Assembly (NCBI RefSeq): GCF_009914755.1
Contig: NC_060933.1
Origin: the human T2T-CHM13v2.0 reference genome, Homo sapiens
Reading direction: 5' to 3' (one strand)
Length of the DNA stretch: 64,000 nt
Shown here: positions 56,201 to 64,000 of the stretch, in pieces
Layout: every line of letters starts with the position of its first letter
Numbering within the stretch: the first letter of the stretch is position 1
The notes under the pieces: model-generated
Told to the model about the DNA's origin: nothing
The model's input: the letters and a program-made list of their open reading frames with translations, nothing else
Databases searched by the model: none
Made by a program: the position numbers and the translations under genes

Positions 56201-59200
56201 AACCCGAGCGCAATGGAATGGAGTTGAATGGAATGGAATGGAATGGAACAACCCGAATGGAATGGAATGTAATGGAGAGTAAGGGAGTTGAATAGAATCA
56301 ATCCGAATGTAATGGAATGGAACGGAATGGAATGGAATGGATTGGAATGGAATGGAATGGAATGGAATGCAATGGAATGGAATCAACCTTAGTACAATGG
56401 AACGGAATGTAATGTAATGTAATGTAATGTAACCGAATGGAATGGAATGGAATGCAATCAACCCGAGAGCAATGGAATGGAGAGGAATGGAATGGAATGG
56501 AATGCAATGGAATGGAATCATCCGGAAAGAAATGGAATGGAATGGAATGCAAAGCAAAGGAATCAACTCGATTGCAATGGAATGGAATGGAATGGAAAGG
56601 AATACATTGGAATCAACCCGAGTGGATTGGAATGGAAAGGACTGGAATGGAGTGGAATGGAATGGAATGGAATGGAATGGAATCAACTCGATTGGAATGG
56701 AATGGAATGGAATGGAATGGAATGGAATTAACCCGAATAGAATGGAATGGAATGGAATGGAACGGAACGGAACGGAATGGAATGGAATGGAATGGAATGG
56801 AATGGAATGGAATGGAACAACCCGAATGGAATGGAATGTAATAGAGAGTAAGGGAGTAGAATAGAATCAATCCGAATGTAATGGAATGGAATGCAACGGA
56901 ATGGAATGGAATGGAATGGAATGGAATACAATGGAATTGAATCAACCCGAGTACAATGGAATGGAATGGAATGGAATGGAATGGAATGGAATGGAATGGA
57001 ATGGAATGATACGGAATAGAATGGAATGGAACGAAATGGAATGGAATGGAATGGAATGGAATGGAATCGTTCCGAGTGGAATAGGAGGGAATGTATTCGA
57101 GTGGAATGGAAAGGAATGGTATCAACCAGAGTGGAATGGAAGGGAATGGAATGGAATGGAATCTAATAGAATGGAATCAACCCGAGTGGAATGGAATGGA
57201 AAGGACTGGAATGGAATGGAATGGAATGGAATCAACTCGATTGTAATGGAATGGAATGGAATGGAATGGAATGGAATGGAATGGAATGGAATTAACCCGA
57301 ATACACTGGAATGGAATGGAATGGAACGGAATGGAGTGGAATGGAATGGAATAAACCCGAGTGCAGGGGAATGGAATGGAATGGAATGCAATGGAATGGA
57401 ATCATCCGGAATGGAATGGAATGGAATGGAATGCAAAGCAATGGAATCAACTCGATTGCAATGGAATGGAATGGAATGGAAAGGAATACATTGGAATCAA
57501 CCCTAGTGGAATGGAATGGAAAGGACTGGAATGGAGTGGAATGGAATGGAATGGAATGGAATGGAATCAACTCGATTGGAATGGAATGGAATGGAATGGA
57601 ATGGAATTAACCCGAATAGAAAGGAATGGAATGGAATGGAACGGAACGGAATGGAATGGAATGGAATGGAATGGAATGGAATGGAATGGAATCAACCCGA
57701 CTGCAGGGGAATGGAATGGAATGGAAGGCAATGGAATGGATTCAACTTGAATGGAATGGAAAGAATGGAATCAACACGAGTGGAATGGCATGGATTGGAA
57801 TGGAATGGAATGGAATCAACCCGAGTACAGGGGAATGGAATGGAATGGAATGCAATGGAATGGAATCATCCGTAATGGAATGGAAAGGAATGGAATGGAA
57901 TGGAATGGAATGGAATGGAATGGAATGGAATCAACTCGATTGCAATCGAATGGAATGGAATGGAATTAACCCGAATAGAATGGAATGGAATGGAATGGAA
58001 CGGAACGGAAAGGAACGGAACGGAACAGAGTGGAATGGAATGGAATGGAATTGTATGGAATGGAATGGCATGGTACGGAATAGAATGGAATGGAAAGAAT
58101 TGGAATGGAATGGAATCGAATGGAATGGAATGGAATGGAATGGGATCAACCCGAGTGCAGGGGAATGTAATGGAACGGAATGCAATGGAATGGAATCATC
58201 CGGAATGGAATGGAATGGAATGGAATGGAGTGGAATGGAATGGAATGCAATCAACCCGAGTGCAATGGAATGGAGTGGAATGGAATGGAATCCAATGGAA
58301 CAACCCGAATGGAATGGAATGTAATGGCGAGTAAGGGAGTTGAATAGAATCAATACGAATGGAATGGAATGGAATGGAATGGAATGGAATGGAATGGAAT
58401 GGAATTCAATGGAATCGAATCAACCCGAGTACAATGGAACGGAATGGAATGGAATGTAATGTAATGGAATGGAATGGAATGGAATGGAGTGGAATGGAAT
58501 CAACCCGAGTGCATTGGAATGGAGAGGAATGGAATGGAATGGAATGGAAACTACCCGAATGGAATGGAATGTAATGGAGTGTAAGGGAATTGAATAGAAT
58601 CAATCCGAATGGAATGGAATGGAATGGAACGGAATGTAATGGAATGGAATGGAATGCAATCAACCCGAGTGCAGGGGAAAGGAATGGAATGGAATGTAAT
58701 GGAATGGAATCATCCGGAATGGAATGGAATGGAATGCAATGGAATGCAATGGAATGGAAGCAACCCGAGTGCAATGGAATGGAGTGAAATGGAATGGAAT
58801 GGAATGGAAACAACCAGAATGGATTGGAATATAATGGAGTGTAAGGGAACTGAAAAGAATCAATCTTAATGTAATGAAATTTAATGGAACGGAATGGAAT
58901 GGAATGGAATGGAATGGAATGCAATGGAATGGAATCAACCCGAGTGCAATCGAATGGAATCGAATGGAATGGAATGCAATGGAATGGATTCAACTTGAAT
59001 GGAAAGGAAAGCATGGAATCAACACGAGTGGAATGGCATGGATTGTAATGGAATGGAATGGAATCAACCCGAGTACAGGGGAATGGAATGGAATGGAATG
59101 GAATGCAATAGAATGGAATCATCAGTAATGGAATGGAAAGGAATGGAAAGGACTGGAATGGAATGGAATGGAATGGAATGGAATGGAATGGAATCAACTC

Positions 59201-61030
59201 GATTGCAATGGAATGGAATGGAATGGAATGGAATCAACTCGATTGCAATCGAATGGAATGGAATGGAATTAACCCGAATAGAATGGAATGGAATGGAATG
59301 GAACGGAACGGAACGGAACGGAATGGAATGGAATGGAACGGAAAGGAATGGAATGGAATGGAATGGAATGGAATGGAATGGAATGGAATGGAATGGAATG
59401 GAATGGAATCAACGCGAGTGCAGGGGAATGGAATGGAATCGAATGGAATGGAAAGGAATGGAATGGAATCAACCCGAGTGCAGGGGAATGTAATGGAACG
59501 GAATGCAATGGAATGGAATCATCCGGAATGGAGTGGAATGGAATCAACCCGAGTGCAATGGAATGGAGTGGAATGGAATGGAATGGAATGGAACAACCCG
59601 AATGGAATGGAATGTAATGGAGAGTAAGGGAGTTGAAAAGAATCAATCAGAATGTAATGGAATGGAATGGAACGGAATGGAATGGAATGGAATGGAATGC
59701 AATGGAATGGAATCAACCCGAGTACAATGGAATGGAATGGAATGGAATGGAATGGAATGGAATGGAATGGAATGGAATGCAATGGAATGGAATCTTCCGG
59801 AATGGAATGGAATGGAATGGAATGGAATAGAATGCAATGGATTCAACTCGATTGCAATGGAATGGAATAGAATGGAATGGAATGGAATGGAATGGAATGG
59901 AGTTAAACCGAATAGAATGGAATGGAATGGAATGGAAAGGAACAGAACGGAACGGAACGGAACGGAGTGGAATGGAATGGAATGGAATTGTATGGAATGG
60001 AATGGAATGCTACGGAATAGAATGGAATGGAAAGAATTGGAATGGAATAGAATGGAATGGAATGGAATGGAATGGAATGGAATCAACCGGAGTGCAGGGG
60101 AATGTAATGGAACGGAATGCAATGGAATGGAATAATCCGGAATGGAATGGAATGGAATGGAATGGAATGGAATGGAATGGAATCAACCCGAGCGCAATGA
60201 AATGGAGTTGAATGGAATGGAATGGAATGGAACAACACGAATGGAATGGAATGTAATGGAGAGTAAGGGAGTTGAATAGAATCAATCCGAGTGTAATGGA
60301 ATGGAACGGAATGGAATGGAATGGAATGGAATGGAATGGAATGGAATGGAATGGAATGCAATGGAATGGAATCAACCCGAGTACAATGGAACGGAATGTA
60401 ATGTAATGTAATGTAATGTAACGGAATGGAATGGAATGGAATGCAATCAACCCGAGTGCAATGGAATGGAGAGGAATGGAATGGAATGGAATGCAATGGA
60501 ATGGAATCATCCGGAATGAAATGGAATGGAATGGAATGCAAAGCAAAGGAATCAACTCGATTGCAATGGAATGGAATGGAATGGAAAGGAATACATTGGA
60601 ATCAACCCGAGTGGATTGGAATGGAAAGGACTGGAATGGAGTGGAATGGAATGGAATGGAATGGAATGGAATGGAATCAACTTGATTGGAATGGAATGGA
60701 ATGGAATGGAATGGAATGGAATTAACCCGAATAGAATGGAATGGAATGGAATGGAACGGAACGGAATGGAATGGAATGGAATGGAATGGAAGGGAATGGA
60801 ATGGAATGGAAACAACCCGACTGCAGGGGAATGGAATGGAATGGAATGGAATGGAATGATACGGAATAGAATGGAATGGAACGAAATGGAATGGAATGGA
60901 ATGGAATGGAATGGAATGGAATTATTCCGAGTGGAATAGGAGGGAATGTATTCGAGTGGAATGGAAAGGAATGGAATCAACCAGAGTGGAATGGAAGGGA
61001 ATGGAATGGAATGGAAACTAATAGAAAGGA
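53209..61030 (+). repeat. ~4.0 kb tandem duplication (53209-57177, 57178-~61030)
   Basis: ORF pairs lie at offsets 3969-3989 (53342/57311, 54621/58590, 56437/60426). Shared rare words GAATACACTGG, GGCGAGTAAG, GAAATTTAATGG, GAGTTAAACCG, (GTAAT)4. Confidence 0.9.
56409..56433 (+). repeat. (GTAAT)4GTAAC variant-pentamer run (paralog 60398-60422)
   Basis: Read directly in both copies of the 4.0 kb duplication. Confidence 0.9.
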
Positions 61031-64000
61031 ATCAACCCGAGTGGAATGGAATGGAAAGGACTGGAATGGAATGGAATGGAATGGAATCAACTCGATTGTA
61101 ATGGAATGGAATGGAATGGAATGGAATGGAATGGAATGGAATGGAATGGAATTAACCCGAATACAATGCAATGGAATGTAATGGAACGGAATGGAGTGGA
61201 ATGGAATGGAATCAACCCGAGTGCAGGGGAATGGAATGGAATGGAATGCAATGGAATGGAATCATCCGGAATGGAATGGAATGCAAAGCAATGGAGTCAA
61301 CTCGATTGCAATGGAATGGAATGGAGTGGAAAGGAATACATTGGAATCAACCCGAGTGTAATGGAATGGAAAGGACTGGAATGGAGTGGAATGGAATGGA
61401 ATGGAAGGGAATGGAATCAACTCGATTGGAATGGAATGGAATGGAATGGAATGGAATGGAATGGAATGGAATGGATTGGAACGAAAAGGAATGGAATGGA
61501 ATGGAATGGAATGGAATGTAATGGAATGGAATCAACGCGAGTGCAGGGGAATGGAATGGAATGGAATGCAATGGAATGGAATCTTCCGGAATGGAATGGA
61601 ATGGAATGGAATGGAATGGAATGGAATGGAATAAACCCGAGTGCAATGGAATGGAGTGGAATGGAATGGAATGGAATGGAACAACCCGAATGGAATGGAA
61701 TGTAATGGAGAGTAAGGGAGTTGAATAGAATCAATCCGAATGTAATGGAATGGAATGGAAAGGAATGGAATTGAATGGAATGGAATGGAATGCAATGCAG
61801 TGGAATCAACCCGAGTTCAATGGAATGGAGAGGAATGGAATGGAATGGAATGGAAACTACACGAATGGAATGGAATGTAATGGAGTGTAAGGGAATTGAA
61901 TAGAATCAATCCGAATGTAATGGAATGGAATGGAACGGAATGGAATGGAATGGAATGGAATGGAATGGAATGGAATGAAATGGAATCAACCCGAGTGCAA
62001 TCGAATGGAATCGAATGGAATGGAATGCAATGGAATGGATTCAACTTGAATGGAATGGAAAGAATGGAATCAACACGAGTGGAATGGCATGGATTGGAAT
62101 GGAATGGAATGGAATCAACCCGAGTACAGGGGAATGGAATGGAATGGAATGCAATGGAATGGAATCATCCGTAATGGAATGGAAAGGAATGGAATGGAAT
62201 GGAATGGAATGGAATGGAATCAACTCCATTGCAATCGAATGGAATGGAATGGAATTAAACCGAATAGAATGGAATGGAATGGAATGGAACGGAACGGAAT
62301 GGAATGGAATGGAATGGAATGGAACGGAAAGGAAGGGAATGGAATGGAATAGAATGGAATGGAATGGAATCAACGCGAGTGCAGGGGAATGGAATGGAAT
62401 GGAATGCAATGGAATGGAATCTTCCGGAATGGAATGGAATGGAATGGAATGGAATGGAATGGAATGGAATCAACCCGAGTGCAATGGAATGGAGTGGAAT
62501 GGAATGGAATGGAATGGAATGGAATGGAATGGAATGATACGGAATAGAATGGAATGGAACGAAATGGAATGGAATGGAATGGAATGGAATGGAATCGTTC
62601 CGAGTGGAATAGGAGGGAATGTATTCGAGTGGAATGGAAAGGAATGGAATCAACCAGAGTGGAATGGAAGGGAATGGAATGGAATGGAAACTAATAGAAT
62701 GGAATCAACCCGAGTGGAATGGAATGGAAAGGACTGGAATGGAATGGAATGGAATGGAATCAACTCGATTGTAATGGAATGGAATGGAATGGAATGGAAT
62801 GGAATGGAATGGAATGGAATTAACCCGAATACAATGCAATGGAATGGAATGGAACGGAATGGAGTGGAATGGAATGGAATCAACCCGAGTGCAGGGGAAT
62901 GGAATGGAATGGAATGCAATGGAATGGAATCATCCGGAATGGAATGGAATGGAATGGAATGCAAAGCAATGGAGTCAACTCGATTGCAATGGAATGGAAT
63001 GGAGTGGAAAGGAATACATTGGAATCAACCCGAGTGTAATGGAATGGAAAGGACTGGAATGGAGTGGAATGGAATGGAATCAACTCGATTGTAATGGAAT
63101 GGAATGGAATGGAATGGAATGGAATGGAATGGAATTAACCCGAATACAATGCAATGGAATGGAATGGAACGGAATGGAGTGGAATGGAATGGAATCAACC
63201 CGAGTGCAGGGGAATGGAATGGAATGGAATACAATGGAATGGAATCATCCGGAATGGAATGGAATGGAATGGAATGCAAAGCAATGGAGTTAACTCGATT
63301 GCAATGGAATGGAATGGAGTGGAAAGGAATACATTGGAATCAACCCGAGTGTAATGGAATGGAAAGGACTGGAATGGAGTGGAATGGAATGGAATGGAAT
63401 GGAATGGAATCAACTCGATTGGAATGGAATGGAATGGAATGGAATGGAATGGAATGGATTGGAACGAAAAGGAATGGAATGGAATGGAATGGAATGGAAT
63501 GGAATGGAATGGAATGGAATCAACGCGAGTGCAGGGGAATGGAATGGAATGGAATGCAATGGAATGGAATCTTCCGGAATGGAATGGAATGGAATGGAAT
63601 GGAATGGAATGGAATCAACCCGAGTGCAATGGAATGGAGTGGAATGGAATGGAATGGAATGGAACAACCCGAATGGAATGGAATGTAATGGAGAGTAAGG
63701 GAGTTGAATAGAATCAATCCGAATGTAATGGAATGGAATGGAACGGAATGGAATTGAATGGAATGGAATGGAATGCAATGGCATGGAATCAACCCGAGTT
63801 CAATGGAATGGAGAGGAATGGAATGGAATGGAATGGAAACTACACGAATGGAATGGAATGTAATGGAGTGTAAGGGAATTGAACAGAATCAATCCGAATG
63901 TAATGGAATGGAATGGAACGGAATGGAATGGAATGGAATGGAATAGAATGGAATGCAATGAAATGGAATCAACCCGAGTGCAATCGAATGGAATCGAATG
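60858..64000 (+). repeat. ~1.68 kb tandem duplication (60858-62535, 62536 to beyond window end), second copy with an internal ~320 bp duplication
   Basis: GATACGG occurs at 60858 and 62536. TTGGAACGAAAAGG (61476/63459) and CAACCCGAGTTC (61807/63790) have offset 1983. Internal repeat 62761-63080/63081-63410 (ORFs 62839/63154). Confidence 0.85.

Larger units (their letters stand above)
3637..63580. promoter_or_regulatory. About 31 dispersed perfect three-unit heat-shock element matches (nGAAnnTTCnnGAAn, mostly GGAATCTTCCGGAAT); putative HSF1 sites
   Basis: 15-mers start at 3637, 4362, 5081, 5795, 7394, 10131, 10851, 11570, 12284, 13908, 16095, 20583, 25575, 27839, 29438, 30275, 31604, 33178, 34010, 38676, 39484, 40970, 43186, 45873, 50400, 51700, 55805, 59789, 61578, 62416, 63566. 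The consensus match is seen directly; binding is inferred. Confidence 0.55.
1..64000 (+). repeat. Satellite 3 (HSat3/SatIII) array, (GGAAT)n/(CATTC)n with interspersed CAACCCGAGT-family decamers
   Basis: Every line is dominated by GGAAT pentamers interrupted by CAACCCGAGT/CAACTCGATT/CAACACGAGT/CAACGCGAGT, the classical satellite 3 signature. The frequent CATTCGATTC/GATGATT pattern of HSat2 is absent. Orientation is the same throughout and the array runs off both ends. Confidence 0.98.

Noticed and set aside
142-63730. CRISPR-like arrangement of ~35 bp conserved words separated by spacers
   Set aside because: The spacers are GGAAT repeats, not unique sequence. Spacing is irregular (175 bp to several kb) and there is no leader or cas gene.
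27-63946. Hundreds of ORFs up to 405 aa (MEWNG repeats on +, IPFHS repeats on -)
   Set aside because: (GGAAT)n has no stop codon in any frame and an ATG every 5 bp. The ORFs overlap in all six frames, are pure low-complexity translations and shift frame between paralogs. There is no coding evidence.
1-64000. Transposon insertion, alpha satellite/CENP-B box, telomere repeat or inversion
   Set aside because: I saw no non-pentamer stretch longer than ~40 bp, no poly-A tail or target-site duplication, no TTAGGG run and no CATTC-oriented segment on the + strand.
1-64000. Single regular higher-order repeat (e.g. 1.8 or 3.6 kb) or a 46.8 kb tandem macro-repeat
   Set aside because: Landmark spacings are irregular, duplication units differ in size, and the 46.8 kb-offset match ends near 52.6 kb.

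Overview
The whole 64 kb window is one uninterrupted array of classical satellite 3 (HSat3/SatIII; human or great-ape pericentromeric heterochromatin). The + strand is (GGAAT)n interspersed with a small set of in-register 10-40 bp words (CAACCCGAGT, CAACTCGATT, TTAACCCGAATAG, CATCCGG, GTAAGGGAGTTGAATAGAATCAATCCG and others). I see no genes, RNA genes, transposons, CRISPR array or strand inversion. All listed ORFs (MEWNG / IPFHS repeats) are artefacts of a pentamer with no stop codon. The real content is structural: nested duplications (85 bp, 100 bp, 320 bp, 325 bp, 889 bp, 1.7 kb, 3.7 kb, 4.0 kb, 5.0 kb, ~5.3 kb, ~6.5 kb, and a dispersed copy 46.8 kb away) that can partly be ordered in time by shared variants. 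Three patterns deserve follow-up: (1) about 31 perfect nGAAnnTTCnnGAAn heat-shock elements, about one per 2 kb, whose variants fall mostly at the degenerate positions; (2) two paralogous anchor words spaced exactly 175 bp in nine copies; (3) all ~83 pentamer register shifts go in the -1 direction. I found no evidence of a new protein-coding system. All counts and coordinates were read by eye and should be recomputed.
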